DNA of 51,643 nt, the filler included, from Porpidia crustulata (lineage: Eukaryota), in assembly GCA_964255105.1 (NCBI GenBank). It is 3 parts of 3 records of this genome, joined end to end, with 100 filler letters (N's around TTAATTAATTAA, not from the genome) between each part and the next. Parts side by side here need not be neighbours in the genome. Positions count along the whole stretch, not along the records: positions 1 to 17,190 come from CAXUWE010000228.1; positions 17,291 to 34,462 come from CAXUWE010000229.1; 1 more part is not named here. One strand, 5' to 3'. Below, one piece after another: positions 13,101-25,035 of the stretch. The translations under genes were made by a program, and so were the position numbers. The notes beneath the pieces are model-generated. The model ran no database searches. It had not been told where the DNA came from and saw nothing but the letters and a program-made list of their open reading frames with translations. Position 1 is the stretch's first letter, and each line of letters begins with the position of its first letter.

Positions 13101-14999
13101 GAGGTAGGCTGCATATTTCTCTTTTCGCTCGAAATCATCGATAGAGTGTTATTGATGATTGTTCAGTCCGTCATCTTCAGGGTCGAATATGCATACTACC
13201 GAAGAAGACAAGAGCAGACCTGGCGATCACTTTTACGTACTCGGAATCAACTTGGCCCCGGCGCTCTCCGTCGTACAATTGCCACCCAGCATCTTCTTTA
13301 CTTTATGACAGTAACGCATATTCGAAGCGTCCAGGGCGTACTTGCCAATCCTTGCGCTACTGCATAGCTTTCATCATCAGACCCGAAGGCTGAGCAGCAG
13401 TATGTAGCAGGATGTTGATTCGAATAGTCTGGCATGCGATAATCTAACCTATAAAATATCTACTGTCGACGTATCATTTGTCTTGAATCTTAACATCAAT
13501 ACCATCATATAGAATTGCCACACTGCGTCAATGTGCACCAAATAGAGCCATCTTGGACTACAGTGTTAGGTTGATTTAGGAAATGGACGGTAGTATCATT
13601 ACGAAAGGCACTAAGTGGGCTTGGAGTCTTCCTCGTCGTGAGTGCTCCGCTGAAGCAGTGTGGGCCAATCTCTTTATGAGGAAATGGATCAAATAGGAAG
13701 TCGATGTTAAGATAGGATGATAGAAGAGACGAGGAGCTGGTAGGGTAGGGTACTATAAGATGATTCACCTTGGCTGCCACACCCGAACCTCCATATAGAC
13801 ACCCACGTACCATGGGTCACTCCATTGTCGGTATGAATTGGTTGACGAGTCCAATGGTAGACGGCCCATATAGGGAAGTCGGCACATTTAACCCGGTTGA
13901 AAGTGGTAGTTCATAAATGCGTCAGATAAGGTAAGGAATTATCTACTATTTCTCCACTATACACGGGGGGGAGGAGAGATACTCTAGTGGTTTTCAGATC
14001 CGCCGATCACGGGCATTTTACTCGAAGCTAAAACTACGTCAGCAGCCACGTGGGATGTCCGACACCTGACAACGAACATCTTCATCCAACCGAGCCACCA
14101 AAAACCCTTCCCTCTTCCGTCGGGAACTTCTGCACATCTTGTGCAATTTGGCCGTTGTACCTCGTGTCCGTTTATGAGATTTCAGGTACATATAAGCTTG
14201 ATCATCCACTAAGGTACTCTCATCACAGTCTTCGAGTAGTACCTTACGTGCTGACCTTGCTGGTTAAGCACATGAAGGGCTGGGGCTTAATTGTACGAAT
14301 TAGGTAGAGTAGGTGGCCCCATATAGACATCAATGCAGCCACCTCGTCGGGTTACATAGCAGCGACTCCTTTGGTCGAGCTACTACCAGTGTCATGTTAC
14401 GTCTGACAGATGGTCCTATTCCACATGTACTTTCTTCGCAGTCGTTCCATGCAGTATCCACCATTCCAGAATACCTCCTCACCTCCTGTTTCACCATTGC
14501 CACAGAAGCAAGATGCGAGTGCTGGGGCTGCTCTTGTGCAGGGGGAGGGGACTTGGACTGCGTCTAGAGTACTGCTCCTACAACAGAAGGGAACGACAGC
14601 CGATCATATGGGCCAATCACAATACAACCCGCACCCTTACAAGGCAAATTCGTGCGTCAGTATTTGGATATTCAGCGGATTAATAAGTCTGCATGAAACG
14701 GCGATCCGGTGATGTGCCACAATCCCTTATCAATCTTATGACTGTGTTCGATACTTTGCTCCAGAGTCCGGAATCGAGTTTGCTCATGGACGGCAGCGGT
14801 TCGCAAAGGCTAGCCACTCTGTCGGACCGGCCCTTTGACGGCGGCCGTGGTGGTTTCGCATCTCCCAGTCAGAGTTGCGCAGTTACGATGTTAATCTTGC
14901 AGTATGTTTCAATCGTATCAGCTTAGTAGTGTCAGCCTGACTCCGTACAACCTGCTATCAAAAACCTGTCGCAGTCTAACCCGATCGAGAAACCATTGC

Positions 15000-15720
15000 G
15001 AGCTCGATAACCGAATCCACCAGCCACTGCCGTACTTCATCAATGTGCACCTGCAATTTCTTAAAGGCTTTGCATCCACGACTGTTTGCGTATTCGAACT
15101 GATTGCAGCAGGCGCTTGAAACTTCGCGGTCGCACGAAGATTCGACTTCCCGACTTCCAAAGTTCAAGATATCGTATACGATCATGTCGGATGCTGCGGC
15201 GCGAAGCTGTTCTGAGCCTCGTCCGGTTTCCCCGAAGGATCGTGCATGCATCATGATGTACGGCATAGGCCTCGTGGTACAAGGAGGCGGCTCGCATTAC
15301 AATCATGTTCCCATGACTTGCAGCCTCTGCAGTCTCTGCAGCCTGTGAGGCTCTCACCATCCAAACGTAACTTCTTGACTCCGGCCCCAATCCATGGTGA
15401 TGCAGAACTGATGCGCAATAATCCCTTCTGTGCCGGCTCGTGGCAGTAGTGAGGGTGCGATACTTAAATCCTCTGCAACATCGAGGCTCTGGCAACCAGA
15501 GGAATATCTTCATCAATTTGGCCCCCATCAACGGTATTGCATAAAACAGCCGTGATGCCGATTATCCTGCGAGCTCTGATATGCAAGAACGTTGTCGATG
15601 CAGAGTGCAGTGGGCAGCAGAGGTGCTTTGTCTGTACCAGATACCGACAAGTGCCGGTCCAGCCGTGTGTGAGACAGTATGATAATTGGATACAAATAAT
15701 TGCGAGAAGAGAAGCTGTCC
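15000..15720 (-). pseudogene. Possible degenerate ankyrin-repeat gene relic
   Basis: Fragments in different frames (CPLHSAS; RTLTTATSRHRRDYCASVLHHHG; AEAASHGNMIVMR) loosely resemble the ankyrin consensus; no intact ORF. Confidence 0.2.
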
Positions 15721-16477
15721 GTCACGTATGCGTTGTTTTGTGCGCATCTGTTTGGAAGGATTCACTTCCTTGTAAGGTCAGCGAAAAGATGATTCGATCC
15801 TCCTGCACTCCGCTCAATACCGGCAAATCCTCAGCTCCACATGACGACTCCAACGGGCCGTGCCTTGACGACCACGTTGATAGGGGTGGAGAGCCTGCGC
15901 GATCGGTAGGCTCGGCTCATCATTCGATTGAAATGTTTACGTCTTGATTCCGCAATCCTGCCATTCGCATGCCGTAGGATTGTATGGTTGTCATGCATAA
16001 CCAACCGACATACGAATTGCTACAATTGCATCTTACATTGCAAAGCTCATTACTTGTATTGAAAATGTTTGGTACTGTATCCTCTACGTTTACATTACTG
16101 AAACCAACTCCCTTGATCTTGCGCAGCAAGTTTTCGATCCATCCATCGGTTTCATCATCCCTCAATCTTGCTCCCCTAGGTTAGTCGAACGGCGAGGCTT
16201 CGAGATAGGCGAAAATTCCTCTTTATTTGTATGACCTATGACATTGGAAAGCGTGTCCAATTGGTATCCCCGAATGGTCGTGTGGAAATTCTCAAAGTTG
16301 CATCAAGGGTCCTGCAATGTCGGCGATATCTCCAGTCGGCAGCTTTGGGCTTCATCAATGTCGAGGTCAATCTTCGTTGTCAGTCTCGGTCACAAGACCA
16401 TATACACCATCCTGAACTCATGTCCACTGGACTATACTAGACACCAACATTCCAAGCCAATCGTACTATTCTTCCTT

Positions 16478-16590
16478 AGCCTCCCCACGCTCGACGATCT
16501 TGCCTCGAGCTTTTTGCCCGAACAGCAACACCACAGCCTCCCTACGCTCGACGATCTTCCCCCGAGCTGTCTACTCGAACAGCAACACCC
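16478..16590 (+). repeat. 57-bp imperfect tandem duplication (2 copies)
   Basis: AGCCTCCCCACGCTCGACGATCTT...CGAACAGCAACACC at 16478 and AGCCTCCCTACGCTCGACGATCTT...CGAACAGCAACACC at 16535. Confidence 0.9.
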
Positions 16591-17190
16591 AAGAACCAAA
16601 ACCAAGGGAGAAAGGTTCCGAAGAACATGTTGAAAAAAGAAAATGCCGCCGGACCATACATAGTCAGGATCGTAATATCCAAGGTCCAGTACTGGAAAGA
16701 CCGAATACTCGAAAGCCGTATCTCAAAAGTTCCGGGTCTCCTTGGAGATTTCTCCCAGCGAAAGTATCCCAGACCTGCTCGATAAAAATCCCAATCAACG
16801 CAAAACAGACCTGATAAAGTCGCCCTTGAATTAAAATTCCTAACAGACGGATATTCCCATGGCGACGCAGCACCTTTGCCCTCACGCCTCCTATTCCTCC
16901 CCATCCCTTTTCCTCACAAACCTTTCATCTTCTCCTCATTCTCTCTCTCACACAATCGAAAAAATCCCCTCAAGTCGTGCAGTGTGGAGACCGATTCGAT
17001 CGCACATGAGGTCGGTGTGAACGCAGGAGGGAAACGGTCGTCGTGGCTGTTGTAGGTCATGTTTATGTCGACGGATGTATATGTACCAGTTTGGGGGGAT
17101 TCGTTGGTTTCTTGTCGTACTTCTTTTAGTCATTGCTTCGTTCTTTGTGAATGCTATACATGTATACATACGTATATACCCATCATGCCC

Positions 17191-17290
17191 NNNNNNNNNN
17201 NNNNNNNNNNNNNNNNNNNNNNNNNNNNNNNNNNTTAATTAATTAANNNNNNNNNNNNNNNNNNNNNNNNNNNNNNNNNNNNNNNNNNNN
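17191..17290. other. Artificial contig spacer (N44-TTAATTAATTAA-N44)
   Basis: Exactly 100 nt with a six-frame stop linker; identical to 34463-34562. Confidence 0.97.
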
Positions 17291-17395
17291 GGATTCCGGC
17301 TTTTCGGATGCGTATCAATAGACGTGTGTTGGGTCTGGTCTTCGGGGTGCTTACATTCCCAATCGATGAGGGTACCAAAGCAGTCAAAGGACCTT
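17291..17395 (-). CDS. Haloacid dehalogenase (HAD type II) N-terminal fragment, truncated at contig end
   Basis: Exon encodes SFDCFGTLIDWE (HAD motif I) followed by a GTAAGC donor; start exon not resolved. Confidence 0.55.
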
Positions 17396-17891
17396 ACTAT
17401 ATCAATGTTACTAATTATTAGCAGTATTAGCAAGCGTTTTAATTTCAAAATTACTTGAGTTCAACAGACAGTCGTCAGTGAACCATATGAAGTGAATGGC
17501 AAGGATGATTTAGACCCGTTTATCGTAGATCTTTTAGACCGGATCAAATCTTCGAGCTTGCTGGCCTAAATTCCGAAGTCTTCCAATTGATCGTCTTTTG
17601 GACATTCGACCTTCCTCTTGAGGTAAAGCGTGTCCCAGTTCGGCCAGCCTACACTGCGCTTGTTGCCAATTCTCCAATGGCCTGTCTCGCGTTTCTTCCG
17701 CAAGTGTGCTTTGACGATCAACCAGTCTTAGCTCAGAGATGAAGAAATGGAGAAGTGATGCAAGTAGATTCTAGAAGGTTTCAAAGCAGTGAGATCCATC
17801 AAATGGACTACCATACAAGGAAGTAGAGCCTACTTCATGTACCCTGGATGCCATAGTAACCAAGCTGTAAAAAATATTATGGCGTTAGATA

Positions 17892-19400
17892 TCATGGCGC
17901 TGAAGCCCTCGGAAACATCCTCAACTTTGCAGCAGAAAATTTTGCGGATATCCAAACTACTATACGAGCGTAGTGGTGAAGTAAAATCCAGGAGAGGGAA
18001 ATGACAAAATAAGTAACAATCACTGAAACAACCACCATCCATACTTTCGCCGAGCCAGTTCCGAGTGCAGTAATGTTCATGCCAAAGAGCGAGGTGACAA
18101 AGCTCAGTGGGATGAAAATGAATGCCAATTGTGTTAGACGTTTGACTCTTTCGTTTTGCTGAATACCTTTCTTAGCTTGCTCAATTGCCATCTGGGACTC
18201 ACGCAAGGATGCCATGCTAGCAAGAAAACTCATTTTCTGAGCGAGCATGCTGACTTGTTGCTGCGCCTCTTGTAAGATTCGTTCGTAGTCTTGAAGCAAG
18301 GATTTCCATCGACGTGATGAAGCGTCACTGGTAAAAGATTGTAAAGCATCAAGATTCTGCCTTAGCTGGGCCACTGTCGACATCTGTTCGTCGTAACGGA
18401 CTTCAAGATGCTCGACCCCCTTCACTTATTGCCTCTCTACCCTTCGGGCCCAAACATCCATAAGATGGTTGGTGTTTACAAGGCTCATTTGTGCGAATGG
18501 TATGATGTATTCCACAGGGTTTAGATCGTAAATAGCAGCTTCGGTAGCATTCAACTGTTGCAAATACTGTAAAAACACTTCACAACTCCAAACTGAAGGT
18601 AGTCCCTTCTTCGGATTAGGAGTTGCCGAATCCAAGAAGCTGACACGAGATCTGAGCAGAGGCAGATGCGAGAAGAATTCATAGTCGCGGGCAAAAATGA
18701 TTACTAAGAAGAATGTCAGAGTATCCAATCACCCACAAAGTCTGTTCAGTATCTTGCCCGTGTGGACCCACCAGTGTTTGCCTTTAGAGCGCCAGCTGAT
18801 GCATGTAGAGAGGTAGTAAAGATGGACTGATGGTTCAATATATGAAAGAAGCTACGACTAGATAGCGCTGATGGAACAGGATCTTGAGCTGACGGAAAGT
18901 AGTCATTGTAAATGCCATAATCAGAGCCAAAGTGCCACATGTATACTTCAGGGTGTATCTTGTACTTAAATCCGATGGCATCCAAGATATCGAAATCTAT
19001 GCCCGAGTACCCGGCTAAGAGAGGCCTTCTGTTGTAACTGACGAAGATAACTCGGCTCTAGGACTCGGACGGATCTTGCTCTATGTCCTTAATGCAAGAC
19101 TTGACGTCTGCTGCAACGTTGGCTTCGCTGACGTTATATTGTCGTAGATGTAGGTTGTCGCTTAAACTATCTAAGATCGCCACTGATCCACATCTGCGTT
19201 GGTTCCTTTCACGAAGATTCATGTAACCGCTTGGTTTATATTCTGGGAAATACCGTTTGGAAAAGAAATCGTGTAGGGCGGTTATATCCTACATCAATAG
19301 CAGCCAGATTCGCTCTATAGTCCGCACAATTCCGATAGGGAAATTCTGGATCAAGTGACTCGTCGGACATGATGCGGTGTATGTGCTAGAAGGAAGGTAT
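17892..19400 (-). pseudogene. CorA-like Mg2+ transporter-domain gene with three in-frame stops
   Basis: C-terminal KRLTQLAFIFIPLSFVTSLFGMN plus a second TM helix. One continuous frame after removing intron 18704-18771, interrupted by TAG 19289-91, TAG 19058-60 and TAA 18426-28. Start uncertain. Confidence 0.75.
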
Positions 19401-19695
19401 GGGGTGCCTACTTCTATTATTGTCGCGATATGAGGAGCAATTGCTAGAAAATGGCGTCTCACAGAAAAGCGCACAAGGCTGTGGTATCAGTAGACCCCTG
19501 TCACTGAGCTCGTCGATAAGAGGTCTACCAGATTAGGTATTATTTCTCGACCACATCCGAGAAGCAGTGCCATCGTGTTATAGAGCCCGCATCCCCGTAC
19601 AAAATAGGGCAATCGGCTTTCGAAGAATCTTGGGTTGCGAAATCCGCCGCACTAGCATAGATAAAGACGTGGGAATAACAAGACCTTCCAAGCCC

Positions 19696-19799
19696 TACTC
19701 GTATCTACCACCCAAAAGGACGCACTCCCCGACAGGACAACGAGGTTCAAATTAACCCTAACCCTAGGCTTCTGTACTTTTGGGGGGTGAATACGAGTA
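19696..19799. mobile_element. MITE-like element with ~26-bp imperfect TIRs, TA ends and internal TAACCCTAACCCTA
   Basis: Left TACTCGTATCTACCACCCAAAAGGAC; reverse complement of right end TACTCGTATTCACCCCCCAAAAGTAC. Confidence 0.75.
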
Positions 19800-19807
19800 A
19801 ATGCATC

Positions 19808-19900
19808 ACCGATCTTTCACAATCGGACCATCCAGCTTAGGGTTAGGGTTTCATCTACGAGTTTTGATGAGGGTGGTCCGTTGAGTGGTGGAAACAAGTC
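19808..19900 (-). mobile_element. Second, more degraded MITE-like element with TTAGGGTTAGGG; homologous to 39375-39493
   Basis: Reverse complement TTCCACCACTCAACGGACCACCCTCATCAAAACTCGTAGATGAAACCCTAACCCTAAGCTGGATGGTCCG aligns without gaps to TTTCACCCCTCAACGGATCACCCTAATCAGGGCTAGTAAATATAACCCTAACCCTAGATCGGCTGGCCCG at 39.4 kb. Confidence 0.7.
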
Positions 19901-21245
19901 GTCCACGTCTCAAATCCGTGAGAACCTATTTTTCGAAAGCCTTCAAATACATAAGGGACGTAAACGAAATATCGAAGCTAACCTTCTACATGTAGACCAG
20001 TCTTCAAGAACGTCACCGCCCCGCGGTCAAACCTCCTCTCAGTCCTGCGGAGTGCCTCATCAAATTGAGGACCAAGCAATCCATCGTTCTCGAGATCGAT
20101 CAGTCCTGAGCCTTGCTGAAATGTCTCGATATGGTGAGATGACGGCAAGGGGGATTTTGAAGGCAAGGGAGCTTGACGTTGCTCAAGTTCATGGTTTCAA
20201 CGAGAGCTCTATGGTCCTGGGGAATTTGGACACGCAGAAGATTGGACTTGGGATATTTTCTACCCATTGACGATGGGATTCCAAGATGACTTTTGATCTA
20301 CGGACATTCAAACTTACTACACCGTTACCTCAGACACGACACACATCATAGTAACGAATCCTAAGAGTATCCCACTTCCAAGCGCATCAAACCCCTTCCG
20401 AACAAGACAATCCGCAAAGGACCAACGTAACACTTCCACATCGATACCACAACCAGCCACCCCCACCTGAAACAAAACAGCTACCCAACACAACAAATCC
20501 ATCAAACCAAAAGGTCAAAAATCCATCTCTCCCAAACCAGAACCCCCATCCCAAGCCTTCCAATCTCCATCAAGCCGCCAACAACGCACCCACACGATCC
20601 AAACAACCCAACCCAACAACCACCATTACAACACCTCACCAAAAGCCATATTAAACCCCCCCCATCAAGAAAAAACTCAAGAAAAACTCAACAAGACCAT
20701 TCTTTCACATTAAAAATCCCATCTACGGTCGGTCCTAAAAACCGTATTCCCAACATCGCTATAGCCGTAGCCGTAGCACACCTTAGACCAAATATAGCCT
20801 CAGCCTCTGGGGCATAATATCAGATCAATCAAGAATTGATCGGTTTGGGGATCCGTTGCTCTAATCAAGGGCTAGCTAGCTGGGCCTTACTAGGTATTGA
20901 CCGGGGATTTTGGAGTGATGCTGAAATTGAGGGGTGGGAAAGGGTGTTTAGTAGGTAGCAGGAAGGCCTGGAGAATATATATGCTACCTCCGACTCCCAT
21001 TTCCACAGCCTAGATTTTTGCTTTCTTACAGTGGCTTACTTGTTCCATGAAGAGAAATTACCATTGCAGCCGATTGGGGGACTCGTCACTGGGTCACGTA
21101 CTTTTCAACGGGGAGGCATACAGAGATACTTGCTCTTCGGAGCTCATAGTCTAGTCTAAGTACGGAGAAGTGCATTGGTAAAAATTGGTAAAAAACACAT
21201 TCTAAGTAGACATTCAAGGCATGCTCCTCATCCTCCTCCGCAGTT

Positions 21246-24200
21246 TCAACTCTCCGTCCATTGGCTTATCCATCGGGCCATCCAATCCCCCGTGACCGGA
21301 CCTACTTTTCCCAAACTCGGACTAACCAGCTCCGTTTTCGACGTTTCCAGAATCGGCGGTGCTCGTTCCGTGCCCAGCAAGCCTTCGTAAAATTCCATGA
21401 GCTTGAGAGCCGGATTGGCGTCGAGATCCAGCTTCGTCGTCGACGTAGCCGCGCTGGCCCTCAATCTGTTCAACCAGGTCGCTAGCGGGACTAGCCGTGT
21501 TTTCGAGCTCATTGCGGCTTGGATGTGGGGGAGCAATGTGGCCCAGGTTGTGGTGCTGGGGTTGACGGTGTGAAATGTACGACTACTTGAATCCATGTCT
21601 GTAAAAAGTCGGAGGGCTAATTCCGTGATGACGGTCGAGAGAATGTCGGCCGGGATCCAATCGATGATTTCCGAATTCCCCAAAGAATCAGGAAGGATAC
21701 CGAGATGCTGAGAGCTGATGATTAGACTGGGAAGCCATTCCCGCTTATTCCACATTCCTTTGGAGCTGAGGACGGGGCCTGCGACCTGGCCAACCCGGCA
21801 GATGGAGATGGGGACTTTGCATTTTACGTTGGCTCGGTCTAGAAGTCGCTCGGAGACGTGTTTGGATTCGGCGTATCCCATAGCTCCAGGGACTGTGAAG
21901 TCATCAATCACTTCTTCCGGAACGGGTCCTTCCCTGTGTGCCGGCCAGTTCATGACCGCACTAATAGAAGAAATGAAAAAGATGCCGACTTGACGCGCCG
22001 ATTTCATTGACATGTCAATCAAATTGCGGACCCCACGAATGTGAACTGACTCGTAAGATTCTAGAGCTAGATTAAAATCAACTTGCCAGGCGTTGTGAAT
22101 AATCAAATCGACATCTGCTGAAATCTCTGCACAGAGTTGATTGCCCAAACCCAGGTCGCTTTTGGCGAGATCAACCGTCAGAAATATTACACGGTGGCTT
22201 TTCCACTGCGTTCTGAGTCCTCGGGCTTGGCTCACCCGTGCTTGCTGCTGTTCAGAATTGGCTGAGCGGTTGAAACAGTAGATCTTCAAGATCGATTCGC
22301 ATCTGGTTAGAGCCTCAAGAAGATAAGATCCAAGAGCTCCCGTAGATCCGGTCAATATGACAACCTGCGGGCCATTCCTAGGCTTATCAACCCACTCTCC
22401 TTTCGTCTCAAGTGCAGTCGAATATTTGTCCAGCATAAGGCTCATTCTATCGGTTTGAGCCTTCTCATCTGCTTCCTTGGTGGTCCGAGACGCTTGCGTC
22501 AGGGATTGCAGTGCAACTGTCAGCCTGGCAATGGTGGGGTTCGTATAAACAGTGCTGGGTGCAAGGCTATCGACTTTCATACCAGCCTTCTCCAATCCTA
22601 GCTTCAGTAACCGAACTGATTGTATAACCTGAAGGGAATCCATGCCGTGAGAAAAGAAGTCGTCCTCGATTCCAAGATTGACTAAGCTCGTTGTCGATAT
22701 TACAATGCGGCGCACCGATAATTCAAGATTGTCAATATCAAGCTTCACGTGGACTTCGCGATCTCTGATGTCGTCAGCATCAGAGTAGAGAGCGTCTATC
22801 TCTGCCGAGTAGTCTGCAAGTGTAGCCCTACGCTGCACCGTTCCCTTGCCTGCACGAGACATTGGTTTCTCTGGAGTTGTGAAAAGAATTCGTGATTTCG
22901 AAATCCGTGCGTGTGCTGGGCATTGATGGTTAGCCTTTTCAATTATAGGCCATAGAGTCTCAATAAATGTGGCTCTGTCATTCATGGATAAGGGAGATGA
23001 TTGAGATGGCTCAACGAGGAGAGCGGCCTCGAAGCGACTTTGTCCAATCACTAGCACGCTCCGGACTTCTGGCCGACTTGAGATCAATCCCTCCATAGAC
23101 ACCGGATTGGTCTTCTCGCCGTTAAGGAATGTGATCACGTCGTCAGATCTTCCGCGATATCGCCAGAGATCGGGTTTTGTCGGGTGCTTAGAGAAGAGAT
23201 CGTGGGACGATAGTTCTTGCAGATGAGGGAATATTGTAAAACATGATTGATAGGATCGCAGCTGCTCGTCCCGAACAACAGTCAGCTCGTATTCATCGTC
23301 GGCATATTGTCGAAATTTAACTCCTGTAAGTGGGCTGAAGTGTATATATGCCCAGTCTTCCTGATCGACTTCGATCTGTGAGAAAGCCCCAAATTCGGTG
23401 GTGCCTAAAATGTTGAGCATCTTTGTCTTGGTCGTAATTACGTCACCAGCGGCTTTCGCAGTCATGCCACCACCAGCTAAAATATAATTCAAGCCAGCTA
23501 TTGCGTCCAAGAGATCCGGCCGCTTACTGATCTCGTCTATCGTGGAAGGCGGCAATATGGCCGCCGTTGCTTGCGATGACCGGATGAATGAGATGGCGAT
23601 ATCTACGCTCAACAGCGGCCCCGGGGTTGGCAATGCAAGCCTGTGTCTAGAGTATATCGGACCAAGCACATTAATGAGCAAGGCCGCCGCCTGTTGAATC
23701 AGTGAGTCAGCCACCGAGTTAACAGTGGCAGCAGGTGTTATCGTTCAGCGGATGAGAGACGTGGACGTTTGCAGTCGCGAAAGAATTTATTATCAAGGAA
23801 CCGAGACTAAACATCGCAGCAACGATAGGAACCACGACCAAAGAGCGGACAGAAAATTGATGCAGCTTACGTGAAACATCGGCATTGCACTGAAAATCAT
23901 GTCATGTCGGTAGAGCTGTGATACAGGCACGGCACCACCAGGCAGTGGGGCCTGATAAGCATTTGCAACGACAGAAGCGTACTCAAGGGTCCATCTGATT
24001 GGCTTTGGTAATCCTAGAATTTCCTTAATACCCTTTCTACCCTGGGTGCATGGGTATGATCGACCTACCGGTAGAGCCCGAGGTGTGAAGTGATACCAGA
24101 GGGTTTTCACGCACTTGCTTAAACGATCCTCTGTATTCATAGTGAGGGGTTTTGGCGTGTAAGAGTTGGTCGAGGTCTGGGATTTTCAAGGCTCGCATTG

Positions 24201-24696
24201 GATAGGCAGCCAACAAGGCGGTAACGTACGGTGGTTGGGGTTCAGGAACGATCAAGCTGCGACATTTCTGCTGGATGAATAGATTTACATGGGCATCAAT
24301 GCTATTCCGGGGGGAATTGAACAGCATCTTGGATGGTCAGCTTGGCGCCCACGAATGAAAAAGTAAAGCCATTGGACTCACGAAATATCCTGCTTTGACC
24401 GCTGCTACGAGCAAGATGGGGAAGTACATGTCACCGCCACTGGACCCAAGGTATGCTAATCCCTCGTCGATATGGCCTCTACCCAGGTGATGCTCCAACC
24501 ACCATGCCGTCCCATTGATGGCATTTGCGTATTGCCTAAAGGTAATCTTTTTATTCCCACCTACACCTGTAACGTTTAGGAAGACGGCTTCTGGCTCCTC
24601 TTTAGCCAGCCTGTCGATGGCCCAAGGCAGCAGATCTCGGCTGACATCTGGCGCTGTATAGGTGCCATTAACTATGTTCTTAGACGTGCCAGACAT
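21246..24696 (-). CDS. NRPS-like carboxylic acid reductase (adenylation-thiolation-reductase, A-T-R); 4 exons
   Basis: A domain HTSGSTGLPKPI and GRSDDVITFLNGEKTNP; T domain FFSHGMDSLQ; R domain ILTGSTGALG, HNAWQVDFN, GYAESK. Introns 24328-24381, 24014-24068 and 23691-23870 restore one intact frame. Confidence 0.95.
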
Positions 24697-24921
24697 TCGA
24701 TCGTAGGTTACTAGAGACAGCTAGAAGGGCTTTGGACAGTGGAGCAGATTTGCATCCTCTGAGTATCAACGCTGCTTTCTGTCTTTCGTTCATTGAGAGA
24801 TACGTAGGGTATCGGTGAGAAATTCCCGTGTAACGCACAAATAGCTGAGTAAGCCCCGTAGCGAAATCAACCCAAAGGGACTTGATCGTGTCGCAGTCGC
24901 TTACACGACACTGAGGCAAGT

Positions 24922-25035
24922 AAGGTAAGCAGACCATCCTCTTCCCACACCGACACCGGGTTGGTCCTAGAAAAAGTGTCAAGAAAGGTAAGCAGACCAC
25001 ACTGACACCGGGTTGGTCCTAGAAAAAGTGCCAAG
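24922..25035. repeat. Tandem duplication (~62 and ~51 bp) in the divergent intergenic region
   Basis: AAGGTAAGCAGACCA...CAC(C/T)GACACCGGGTTGGTCCTAGAAAAAGTG(T/C)CAAG occurs twice (24922-24983, 24985-25035). Confidence 0.9.

Noticed and set aside
10378..14926. Numerous 60-135 aa ORFs from the track
   Set aside because: No recognisable motifs, many non-ATG starts, overlapping on both strands; consistent with chance ORFs.
17191..17290. TTAATTAATTAA palindrome within N runs (also at 34463-34562)
   Set aside because: Artificial six-frame-stop spacer, not biological; ORFs and gene neighbourhoods crossing it are invalid.
19752..19766. TAACCCTAACCC as a telomerase RNA template or true telomere
   Set aside because: Multiple copies, each inside TIR-bounded short elements and only two units long; telomerase RNA is normally single-copy and a telomere would be a long terminal array.
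24922..25035. CRISPR-like repeats
   Set aside because: Only two units, no unique spacers, eukaryotic context, no cas genes.
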